A stretch of DNA of 64,000 nucleotides, taken from the NCBI RefSeq assembly GCF_024700885.2, contig NZ_CP117016.1; one strand, 5' to 3'. The notes beneath the pieces were generated by a model. That model had not been told where the DNA came from, made no database searches, and saw only the letters and a program-made list of their open reading frames with translations. The DNA is from Escherichia coli. Its GTDB lineage: Bacteria; Pseudomonadota; Gammaproteobacteria; Enterobacterales; Enterobacteriaceae. A program made the translations under genes and the position numbers. Positions 30,068 to 38,280 of the stretch are shown here, one piece after another. How positions within the stretch are numbered: position 1 is the first letter of the stretch; each line of letters starts with the position of its first letter.

Positions 30068-32736
30068 CAATACAGACGGTTACGCAGATTTCAGCCGCCG
30101 CACGGGGGAAATGGCCCGTTATTCTGCAGATGCTGCGTATTGATGTACCTGAAAACGGCAGGCACGGTCCCTGCCCGAAATGTGGGGGCAAGGATCGTTT
30201 TCGCCTTGATGACCTTGACGGGCGCGGGACGTGGATCTGCAGCCAGTGTGGCAATGGTGACGGTCTGGATCTGGTTAAGCTCGTAACCGGTTACAGCGTC
30301 AGAAAGGCTGCGCAGGAGGTGGCGCAGGTGCTTAATGTGCCGAATATGCAGGAACTGCCTGTTAAGCCTGCCAGACAAAAAGCCCCTAAACGCGACATGG
30401 GTCTTACCGTGGCGGCGCTGATGAAAGAGAGCCACACGGGAGAAAGCGCCTATCTGACAGGAAAAGGGTTCGCCGGATACCCGGCCTCTCTGACCGGAAG
30501 CGTGCAGCATATCAGCGGTAAGGATTTCCCTGCCGGTTCCCTGCTGTTACCACTCACGACCAACACCGGAGCCGTGACCGGTGCACAGCTTATCGCCCCG
30601 ACGGGTGAAAAAAGCATACTGCCCGGCAGCACGATGAAAGGCGCGTTTGTGTCGCTCAGCCCGTTACCGTCTGAACCACCGGTACAGGTGGTGATTACCG
30701 AAGGTTACGCTACGGCGCTGACGGTAAGTCAGCTCACTGCCGGATGCGTAGTGGCTGCCATATCTGCGGGCAACCTGCCCAATGTGGCGCAGTCGCTGCG
30801 GGCACGCTGGCCTGAGGTAAAAATTATCATCGCCGGTGATAACGATTTTCAGGACGGAGATGAGAATCCCGGCAGAGCCTTTGCTGAACGGGCGGCAAAA
30901 GCTGTTGGCGGCTGGATGACGCTGCCACCAGGAGAGATTAAGGCTGACTGGAATGACTTTCATCGGGAGCACGGTATTACCCGTGCCCGTGAAGCCTTTC
31001 GCAACGGTCTGGTACTGTGCGGGGAAGGCCGCACGCAACTGCCGCACGGGTTCCGTCTTACCCAGGAATATCTCTGGTATGAAAAGCAGGTACAGCGCAA
31101 CGGTGAGACGGAGATCCAGAACGTCAAAATATGCAGCCCGCTGCGCGTGACGGCAATCACCTGCGATGCCGATGGCGGTAACTTCGGACGACTGCTGGAA
31201 TGGGAAGATACGTGGGGTGAGTGTCGCCGCTGGGCGATGCCGATGGAAATGCTGAGCGGCAGTGGTGAGGAACTGCGCCGGGTACTGCTGGTTAACGGGC
31301 TGTCTTATATCAGCACCACCGGTGAGGCACGCGCACGCCTGATGGAATATATCTCACTGTGTAAACCGGAACGCCGCGTGACCTGCGTCAGTCGTACTGG
31401 CTGGCATGGTCAGGTTTACGTCCTGCAGGATGAGGTCAGCGGTGAAGGTGCAGAGGGTGTCATTCTCCAGACCACTTCCGTGCAGGGGCGTGATTTCCGC
31501 GTGTCGGGCACAACAGAGGAATGGCGGGAGCATGTATCCCGCTACTGTACCGGCAACTCCCGCGTGGCATTTGCTGTCAGCCTGGCCTTTGCTGCACCAC
31601 TGTTACGGCTGGTTGGTATGGACGGCGGCGGCTACCACCTCAAAGGGGAATCGACAGACGGTAAGACCACCACCATGAAAGCGGCAACCTCCGTCTGCGG
31701 CGGGCCTGACTACTGGCAGACATGGCGGGCCACCGGCAACGCGCTGGAGGGATGCGCCAGCCGCCGCAACGATGCCGCCATGATGCTTGATGAGATCCGG
31801 GAAGTTGACGGACGCGAGGCAGGCAATATCGCCTACATGCTGGCAAACGGTCAGGGCAAGGGCCGTGCCGGTACGGACGGTGAGCTGCGTACCCGTAAGC
31901 AGTGGCGCCTGTTGTTCTTTTCAACTGGCGAGTTGTCTCTGACCGAACATGCGGCAAAGGCCGGTGAGCGTACTTTTGCCGGGATGGAAGTCAGGATGAT
32001 CCAGATCCCCAGCGATTCCGGGAAGTTTGGCGTTTTTGAGGAGCTGCACGGCTTCGACAGCGGCAAGGCTCTGGCAGAGCATCTTGAATGGGCCACGTCC
32101 TGCTACTACGGTTCGCCGTTCCGGGAGTGGCTGAAAGCACTGACCGCTGATCTTAACGGACTAACGGCACAGGCAAAATCGCTGATGAAGGAATATGCTG
32201 CCGCCCTGACTCCGAAAGATGCAGGCAATCAGGTGGGCCGGGCTGTGAACCGCTTTGCTCTGGTGGCGATGGCAGGTGAACTGGCAACCCGTCTGGGTAT
32301 CACCGGCTGGCCTGAGGGTGAAGCACTGCGGGCAACCCGCGTCTGCCTGAACGCATGGCTGAAAGATCGCGGGCACACCGCCAATCAGGAAGATATCGCC
32401 GCACTGGAGCAGGTTCGCAGTTTCTTTACCGCGAATCAGTACAGCCGCTTTGCAGACTGGTATGACGAGCGCAACCGCCCCGGCAATATGGTGGGCTGGC
32501 GCAGGGTGGAGAAAGGCAGTACCGCGCAGGGCACGGAAGCTGTCACTACGTTCTATGTCATGCCGTCCGGCTGGAAAGAAATCTGCAGGGGATTTGACCC
32601 GCGCAAGGTGGCGCGTCTGTGCGCAGATCGTGGATACCTGCTGCCCTCCACAGATGGCAAACTCCAGACAACCATTCGCCCGCCAGAGATGAATCCCCGC
32701 AGGCTCTATGTCTTCAACAGCGAGGTGCCTGGTTAA
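30064..32736 (+). CDS. P4 alpha-like bifunctional primase-helicase (zinc-binding primase, Toprim and D5/P-loop NTPase domains)
   Basis: CPKCGG...CSQCG zinc ribbon near the N-terminus; Toprim-like ITEGYATALT...IIAGDND; Walker A GESTDGKTT; 890 aa. Confidence 0.85.
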   Translation: MTIQTVTQISAAARGKWPVILQMLRIDVPENGRHGPCPKCGGKDRFRLDDLDGRGTWICSQCGNGDGLDLVKLVTGYSVRKAAQEVAQVLNVPNMQELPVKPARQKAPKRDMGLTVAALMKESHTGESAYLTGKGFAGYPASLTGSVQHISGKDFPAGSLLLPLTTNTGAVTGAQLIAPTGEKSILPGSTMKGAFVSLSPLPSEPPVQVVITEGYATALTVSQLTAGCVVAAISAGNLPNVAQSLRARWPEVKIIIAGDNDFQDGDENPGRAFAERAAKAVGGWMTLPPGEIKADWNDFHREHGITRAREAFRNGLVLCGEGRTQLPHGFRLTQEYLWYEKQVQRNGETEIQNVKICSPLRVTAITCDADGGNFGRLLEWEDTWGECRRWAMPMEMLSGSGEELRRVLLVNGLSYISTTGEARARLMEYISLCKPERRVTCVSRTGWHGQVYVLQDEVSGEGAEGVILQTTSVQGRDFRVSGTTEEWREHVSRYCTGNSRVAFAVSLAFAAPLLRLVGMDGGGYHLKGESTDGKTTTMKAATSVCGGPDYWQTWRATGNALEGCASRRNDAAMMLDEIREVDGREAGNIAYMLANGQGKGRAGTDGELRTRKQWRLLFFSTGELSLTEHAAKAGERTFAGMEVRMIQIPSDSGKFGVFEELHGFDSGKALAEHLEWATSCYYGSPFREWLKALTADLNGLTAQAKSLMKEYAAALTPKDAGNQVGRAVNRFALVAMAGELATRLGITGWPEGEALRATRVCLNAWLKDRGHTANQEDIAALEQVRSFFTANQYSRFADWYDERNRPGNMVGWRRVEKGSTAQGTEAVTTFYVMPSGWKEICRGFDPRKVARLCADRGYLLPSTDGKLQTTIRPPEMNPRRLYVFNSEVPG

Positions 32737-32770
32737 GGCTTTGCGTGAGTCTTATTTATTAAGGGTAACA

Positions 32771-32958
32771 GGTGAAACAGGTGGAACAACCGTATTTTAC
32801 AGGGCTGAACCTGTTCCACCTTCTGAAATAGTGAGGTGGAACAGATGTAACGCCAGCCAATCCGCTGTTCCACCTTGTTACCCGCGATGTTCCACCGGTG
32901 CAGTGTATATAAATGCCTTATAAAACAAAGCCGTAACACATGTTTCACCTGTTCCACC
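32771..32958. repeat. Iteron cluster (replication origin): at least 8 copies of TGTT(C/T)CACC / GGTG(G/A)AACA in both orientations, plus an AT-rich patch
   Basis: Copies at 32771, 32780, 32811, 32836, 32864, 32888, 32941, 32949; the motif is one base off the P4 ori/crr repeat TGTTCACC bound by alpha. Confidence 0.7.
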
Positions 32959-33136
32959 GCATCAGGGACATAAAGCAGACTGAAACAGAGGGCATTTTTA
33001 TCTGGCTGGCTTTCATAGCCACGTCTGAATAACCGCAAGCGCCCGTTGTGCCAGCCACCACACACTGAACACCGATAGTGTGCTTGTGTCAGCCACGACA
33101 CAATTGACGTAACGAACCAACCCGACAGGAGAAGTC

Positions 33137-33880
33137 ATGAACAATACCGCAGTAAATAACAACCTTTCCACTTTTCCGGCTGTAACGCAGCGGGCACTGG
33201 AAACCATGAACACAGCCAGAAACGCATGGCTTGAAGCACGTCGTCAGCAGAAAGCGGCAGCGGATAATATTGCGACAATCCGCCAGCGTCGCGCTGAAAT
33301 GGAAGCCACGACGAACACACTGAATGAGGAGTGGCGCACGCTGTTTCGTGAAAGTCAGGGCGTGATCTCAAAGGAAATGAAAAAACTGCGCACGGAAATT
33401 GCGCTGGGACGAGAAACGCTTGAGGATTTTGATGAGCTGCTGGCGGCTCAGGAAAGCGAAAATGCACTTTTGCCGCAGAAAGCTGCAGAATTAGCCGGAA
33501 AGTATATCCACGCGCATAACATTCTTGTGGATATTCGCGCAAAACAAATCTGGGAGGATTTTATGCAGTCGCATGGAAAAGTGCTTATTCAGACGCTGAG
33601 CCTGCTTAAATCCACAATGGGCCGGGAAGCCAGTGCCGTTGTGGGTGTGGTGAATTCAGTTAATGACCCGGACACAGTGCTGAAAGACTTTATTCATAAA
33701 TATATCACCAGACCGGCTCTGGCTAACGATGCGATGCCTGAGCAGGACCCGGTGTTTAAACTGGCGGGAGTTGCCCCGGATTATGCGGCGCGTCTGGATT
33801 TCAGTAATCAACTCTCTCCGGCAGCTATGCATAAAATTAAGGTTCGTCAGGAACTTGCTGAGAAGGAGAAAGCAGTATGA
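33137..33880 (+). CDS. Hypothetical alpha-helical or coiled-coil protein, 247 aa
   Basis: A/E/R/Q-rich predicted helices; size and position are only suggestive of a Sid-like scaffold protein. Confidence 0.45.
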   Translation: MNNTAVNNNLSTFPAVTQRALETMNTARNAWLEARRQQKAAADNIATIRQRRAEMEATTNTLNEEWRTLFRESQGVISKEMKKLRTEIALGRETLEDFDELLAAQESENALLPQKAAELAGKYIHAHNILVDIRAKQIWEDFMQSHGKVLIQTLSLLKSTMGREASAVVGVVNSVNDPDTVLKDFIHKYITRPALANDAMPEQDPVFKLAGVAPDYAARLDFSNQLSPAAMHKIKVRQELAEKEKAV

Positions 33881-34428
33881 CGGCCCGAGGCACGCCTGAC
33901 CAGGCACTTACCAGTTTTCGGAATGCCCGTATTCTGTGGGCCGGACATAATGAGAGCCGAAAAGCCGTTGAACAACAGATAACATCTCTCCTCGCTGCCA
34001 CAGAAAAACCAGCAGATTATGCCCGACAGCTCGAATTACTGCGGGAACGTCTGGATGTGCTGAAATGGCAAATTAACTGTGCTGCGCGCGAATGCATTTA
34101 CTCGCAGCATTTACTGATGGAGGCCTGCACAGAAGCCGCTCTCAGCAATTTTATGCAGGCGAATGGGGCAGCCCTGACATCTGCACTGGCTCCGTTCCTG
34201 AAGGGGCGCGGAGGGGTTGACGTTGCGTCCCGTATATTACGCAGTGCTCTGGTTCGCCAGCTGGCAATAACACCGCCTGAATTTGCCGGGGATTATCGTG
34301 AGATCCTGGATGAATCCGGTTTGATGCTTGACCCCGGGATGATTCGTGATTGCCAGGGTTCTTACACCCCGGCACAACATCTGCGTTTTCAGCAACGCCT
34401 GAATGACATTAACGATATACAGGAGTGA
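33877..34428 (+). CDS. Hypothetical protein, 183 aa, coupled to the previous ORF
   Basis: 4-nt overlap with 33137..33880. Confidence 0.45.
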   Translation: MTARGTPDQALTSFRNARILWAGHNESRKAVEQQITSLLAATEKPADYARQLELLRERLDVLKWQINCAARECIYSQHLLMEACTEAALSNFMQANGAALTSALAPFLKGRGGVDVASRILRSALVRQLAITPPEFAGDYREILDESGLMLDPGMIRDCQGSYTPAQHLRFQQRLNDINDIQE

Positions 34429-34433
34429 TATTA

Positions 34434-34706
34434 ATGGCACTTAAATGTCCGGAATGCGGTACAGTTGCACACGCCAGAACAGCAGCCTATGAAGCTCCGT
34501 CAGTTAAACGCTCGTGGTATCAGTGCCAGAATCTGGAATGTTCCTGCACATTTACGGCACTGGAGAGTGTGGATAAGATAATCATGAAACCCCGGCGCAA
34601 TGAACAGGAACCAGACAAATCACAAACCCCGGTAAAACAACAGCAAACGCTCAATCGCTATGGCTCCGCGTCAAAACTGTCAAGCCGTCAGCAGATTCCT
34701 GTCTGA
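34434..34706 (+). CDS. Ogr/Delta-family zinc-finger late transcription activator (start at MALKCPECG)
   Basis: CPECG-N-H...YQCQNLECSCTF four-Cys zinc-finger pattern of P2 Ogr and P4 Delta. Confidence 0.8.
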   Translation: MALKCPECGTVAHARTAAYEAPSVKRSWYQCQNLECSCTFTALESVDKIIMKPRRNEQEPDKSQTPVKQQQTLNRYGSASKLSSRQQIPV

Positions 34707-35299
34707 TTAGAAAAAAAATGCCCACGTAATCCCGGTCGAGTACTGGGATTTTTAACACCTTACCCCTGGCTGGCCTGAGAGCGCATGAGTGCATGTCTAT
34801 GGCGCATGAAAACGCATGAGTCTCATGCACCATTTTTGACGCGAAAGCCCTTGTGTGGTGGCTTCTGAGACGATTAATGAGGTGCATGAAAACCAGTCTG
34901 TTAAGTGAAGCGGGAAGGCGTGCGGGGCTGCGCACGTAGCAGGGTTAAATGGTCAATTCTGGCGCAGCTCACGACATTAAGTCAGCCTCAATAGATGTAC
35001 GTGTTGGTAGGGGTAATTCGCTACTTTTTTGTATCCTAAATTGTATGGTTTGATGCTGATCGTTTCTTCACCGCACCTGCAGAGATATCAATTCAATGTG
35101 GACAAAAATGAGTCTGGCTCTTTCCGTATCACTAGAATTGCCAGTATTGTTAGGGATGATGCCCATATCATACGGAGGGAGCCAGTGGGGGCGATTGCGC
35201 GTGGAAAGTGCTTTGGATTTATTCATCGGTTTTATGATTCTACATAAGGAGCAAAGGTACTTGTATCGTATGAAAAAAAATAGTATAGATATAATGCTC

Positions 35300-35525
35300 C
35301 TTACGCGTTATGGCATAGTTATATGCTAGTCGGGCGATTAGCCAGACTCGAACTTATTGAACGGTATTAGGGTTGCGCTTGGTGTGCCTCTGGATTGCAC
35401 TCCATGCTGTCGCGCAATCCAGAGGCACACCAAGCGCTTCCTTTAGGTAAGTGAGTAAAAACAGCACCTTCTTCGATTTATGATGAAGGTGCTGCAATCG
35501 TAACGTTTTTTGTATACACGGATAG
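35300..35525 (+). ncRNA. Candidate retron non-coding RNA (msr-msd): 63-nt perfect hairpin 35375-35437 plus a second hairpin 35462-35494; boundaries and a1/a2 unresolved
   Basis: A perfect long inverted repeat immediately upstream of an effector-RT operon is the hallmark of msd; TATAAT at 35291. Confidence 0.5.
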
Positions 35526-35529
35526 TATA

Positions 35530-36498
35530 GTGGCTGAGACATACGAAGATAAAGTTGCTAATCATGTTTCAGAGTGGGAAATGGAAAATTTCCGTGTATG
35601 TTATGATGATCAGGTTATTTTCTTATGTGGTGCGGAAGTACTTCCTCAAGGAAGTGTTCAGACTTCAATGAGAGGGCATTTTTATCACTATTGCCTGAAT
35701 AAAAATAAAGATATAGCTGATAAAATAATTCTTGCCGAAAACTTCAAAAAATATCTTCAAAATAATCATTATCCAGACTTAATAACTTTTGAGCATGATG
35801 TTGCAAGTATATCTAGTTTAGTTGTTATTTTCTTGGAAAGCAGTGGTTCAATTGCTGAGTTAGGTGTTTTCTGTAATATTAGTGATGTCAATAAAAAATT
35901 ATTGATATTTGTTCCATCAGATGAAGTTGAAGGTGACAAGAAAGAGTCTTTCATTTACTTAGGGCCTTTATTGTTTTTAAAAGAAAAGGTCAATGAAAAA
36001 GCATTTAAGATTTATCCAAAACCCACTAATGGTTCTGATTACTCCGAGCATTTAGAGATTATGGCTGATGACTTGGCTGAACTATTACCTAGAAGTGGTA
36101 AGTTTGAAAGCTTCGATCCTGACAATTTAGGGCATATAGCTTTTCTTATATGCAGAATTGTGCATTTAGTAATGCCTATTAAGCTAAAGGAAATATTAAA
36201 TTGTTTAAAAATAATAGGTATCAATAAATATACTCTGACTGAGGTTGAAAGAATTTTGTTTTTATTGGAAACATTGGGTTTTATAAATATTTATCCGTAT
36301 GGCGATTTAAAATACTATTATTCAATGCAAGCCAGGCAAAATCTTAAATTAGGGAAAAATAAAACCGGATTCACAATCGATGAGGCTGGTATTTTTACTG
36401 ATATTAGTGTTTTTATCAATGACAATAAATTATGTAGTGATAAAAAAAGACGGCTGGTTTTGAAAGGCATTAAGGAGAAGCATAATGGACATAATTAA
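35530..36498 (+). CDS. Retron effector: nucleoside 2-deoxyribosyltransferase-like N-domain plus winged-helix-like C-domain (GTG start at 35530 or ATG at 35578)
   Basis: VIFLCGAEV and ESSGSIAELGVF resemble the NDT P-loop-like and catalytic-Glu motifs; overlaps the RT start by 14 nt; AT-rich. Confidence 0.6.
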   Translation: MAETYEDKVANHVSEWEMENFRVCYDDQVIFLCGAEVLPQGSVQTSMRGHFYHYCLNKNKDIADKIILAENFKKYLQNNHYPDLITFEHDVASISSLVVIFLESSGSIAELGVFCNISDVNKKLLIFVPSDEVEGDKKESFIYLGPLLFLKEKVNEKAFKIYPKPTNGSDYSEHLEIMADDLAELLPRSGKFESFDPDNLGHIAFLICRIVHLVMPIKLKEILNCLKIIGINKYTLTEVERILFLLETLGFINIYPYGDLKYYYSMQARQNLKLGKNKTGFTIDEAGIFTDISVFINDNKLCSDKKRRLVLKGIKEKHNGHN

Positions 36499-37417
36499 AA
36501 AAATCGCAGATGAAACTCTAATGCCGGTATCAAAAGTATCTGCTTTTATATTTACAGCCCCATATAGATATAAAGTATATCCCATCCCCAAAAGGAATGG
36601 TGGGTTTAGGGAGATTGCTCAACCGTCAAGGGCATTAAAGTTTATGCAAAGGATTGTTATTGCTGAACTAGAGAAAGTACTTAAGGTTCATGAAAACGCA
36701 TATGCTTATGTCAAAGGACGTAGTATAAAAGATAATGTGGAAAAGCATCAAAGAAACTCTTATATTTTGAAAGTTGATTTCTGCGACTTTTTTAATAGCA
36801 TAAACCCTTACGACCTTGAGTTATGTTTAAAAAACAATGGGTTAGACTCATTGTTAAGCTCACAAGAATTATTGAATAAACTTTTTTTCTATAAGAAAAG
36901 TAAAAGAGGTGCTTTATCAATGAGCATCGGGGCACCTAGTTCTCCATTTTTGTCAAATGCGATTATGTATAAGTTTGATTCAGTCATTAGTGATATGTGT
37001 TCAAATAAAAATATTACTTATACAAGATATGCTGATGATCTTACATTTTCTACTAATGAAAAAGGTATTTTGTATGAATTCATACATGAAATAGATAAAG
37101 TTCTTGAGGAGATAGATAGTCCTAAATTAAAACTAAATGATAAGAAAACCATATTTGCATCTAAAAAATGCAATCGTCATATAACAGGAATTGTTATTAA
37201 TAACGAAGAAAAACTTTCAATTGGTAGAGATAAAAAACGTTACTTAAGTAGTTTAATTCATAAATTCTCGCTTAATGCACTTAATGAGGAAGGAGTTGAA
37301 CATTTAAAAGGGTATTTGGCGTATGTAAATAAAATTGAACCTTCATTCATTAGCAGAATGAAAAGGAAATATGGAGTCGAAGTTGTCAACTCCATAATCA
37401 CATTTAATCCATTATAA
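36485..37417 (+). CDS. Retron-type reverse transcriptase, 310 aa
   Basis: RT motifs LKVDFCDFFNSI, SIGAPSSPFLSNAIMY, YTRYADDLTF (YADD) and the retron-specific ITGIVIN (VTG) motif. Confidence 0.85.
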   Translation: MDIIKKIADETLMPVSKVSAFIFTAPYRYKVYPIPKRNGGFREIAQPSRALKFMQRIVIAELEKVLKVHENAYAYVKGRSIKDNVEKHQRNSYILKVDFCDFFNSINPYDLELCLKNNGLDSLLSSQELLNKLFFYKKSKRGALSMSIGAPSSPFLSNAIMYKFDSVISDMCSNKNITYTRYADDLTFSTNEKGILYEFIHEIDKVLEEIDSPKLKLNDKKTIFASKKCNRHITGIVINNEEKLSIGRDKKRYLSSLIHKFSLNALNEEGVEHLKGYLAYVNKIEPSFISRMKRKYGVEVVNSIITFNPL

Positions 37418-37894
37418 ATGTGAACTTATTATATTTATAATGGTTGTGCTTTTTTCTTGTACCTTAGGGGTGTAAAAGAATGTCATCATGAAGATAATTA
37501 AAAAATGAATGGCAATAAGAGTAATAGGTAACATTTTTTCAATATCACTTAAATGGCGATGCCTTTTTTGTGTAATAACTTCCTCTTCTCTTTTGAAAGG
37601 AGTTATACCTATCTTGACCTCCATCTCCTGAATTACTGTAAACTTAGCAGCATTAATTCTTTTATAGGAAGTAATTAGATTTATCCAATAGATATTAATT
37701 ACGACTCCAGCGAGAGAGATTAAGATTACCCAAATAGGCTGTATTGTTGGCTTTAAAGAAAAATATCCAACAAGCGGTAAAATAGAAGAGTTTAAGGCTA
37801 ATAAAAATGTATTTGACTTAAGTCTTCGATCACTTATTCTATCCGCCATCTCAACGCATGTTTTATATATTTCTATGACTTTATCATCCGTCAC
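37412..37894 (-). CDS. Small multi-TM membrane protein (160 aa), SLATT-like topology; convergent on the RT, last gene before attR
   Basis: N-terminal amphipathic segment followed by 2-3 hydrophobic helices (ILPLVGYFSL..., IWVILISLAGVVINIYWINLI, LPITLIAIHFLIIFMMTFFY); AT-rich. Confidence 0.5.
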   Translation of the reverse strand: MTDDKVIEIYKTCVEMADRISDRRLKSNTFLLALNSSILPLVGYFSLKPTIQPIWVILISLAGVVINIYWINLITSYKRINAAKFTVIQEMEVKIGITPFKREEEVITQKRHRHLSDIEKMLPITLIAIHFLIIFMMTFFYTPKVQEKSTTIINIISSHL

Positions 37895-38137
37895 TAATAG
37901 TATCCTTATAAATTTCTGAGTTGTTCAAATAAATGTTATCATATATTTTTATCAACGTAATATGTATTTTTACGTATTTTTAACTGTGAGAGATACATAG
38001 TGATTGTTGGGTGCATGTACAATCCTTGATACTTAACAATGAAAGCGTAGTTGTGGGGGGGGGGCATATTTGGGGGCATTACTATTTAATCTTTCTTGAT
38101 TTTTATTATAAAACAACTGGTTGTATTGATGTTTTGT

Positions 38138-38153
38138 TCCTATTATCGCACCA
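38138..38153 (+). repeat. attR: TCCTATTATCGCACCA, a 15/16 match to the thrW 3' end
   Basis: Direct repeat of 25897-25913 lacking one G. Confidence 0.7.
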
Positions 38154-38280
38154 TTTAAATCAAGTAGTTACCTCACATTCAATTACACCACATTTTCCTC
38201 CTGTGCCGTATTTGTGCCATTGTAACCCTGGCAATTCATCAAAATACTGTTCTGACATCAGGCAGTGCAGGTGCAGACAT

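Larger units (their letters stand above)
25838..38153 (+). mobile_element. P4/phiR73-like satellite prophage or integrative island (about 12.3 kb) at thrW, carrying a retron; attL core 25897-25913 and attR 38138-38153
   Basis: tRNA-adjacent P4-type integrase, alpA, alpha-like primase, iteron origin, ogr/delta homolog; 16-bp imperfect direct repeat of the tRNA 3' end (TCCTATTATCG(G)CACCA) at 38138-38153. Confidence 0.8.

Noticed and set aside
32771-32958. Short repeats that might be mistaken for a CRISPR array
   Set aside because: Repeats are 9-10 bp, in both orientations and irregularly spaced; no 28-37 bp repeat-spacer periodicity; better explained as replication iterons
35029-35329. Two overlapping small ORFs (72 and 77 aa) upstream of the retron hairpin
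   Set aside because: No ribosome-binding site; overlapping frames in an AT-rich non-coding region that more likely holds the retron promoter or msr
35462-35510. Hairpin followed, after 11 nt, by a TTTTTT run; considered as an intrinsic terminator
   Set aside because: The T-run is not contiguous with the stem and the element lies upstream of a co-oriented effector-RT operon; more likely part of the retron ncRNA
25838-38153. Possibility that the thrW island is the K-12 CP4-6 prophage
   Set aside because: Gene content (alpha-type primase, ogr/delta, retron) and size (12.3 kb) do not match CP4-6; only the integration tRNA is shared
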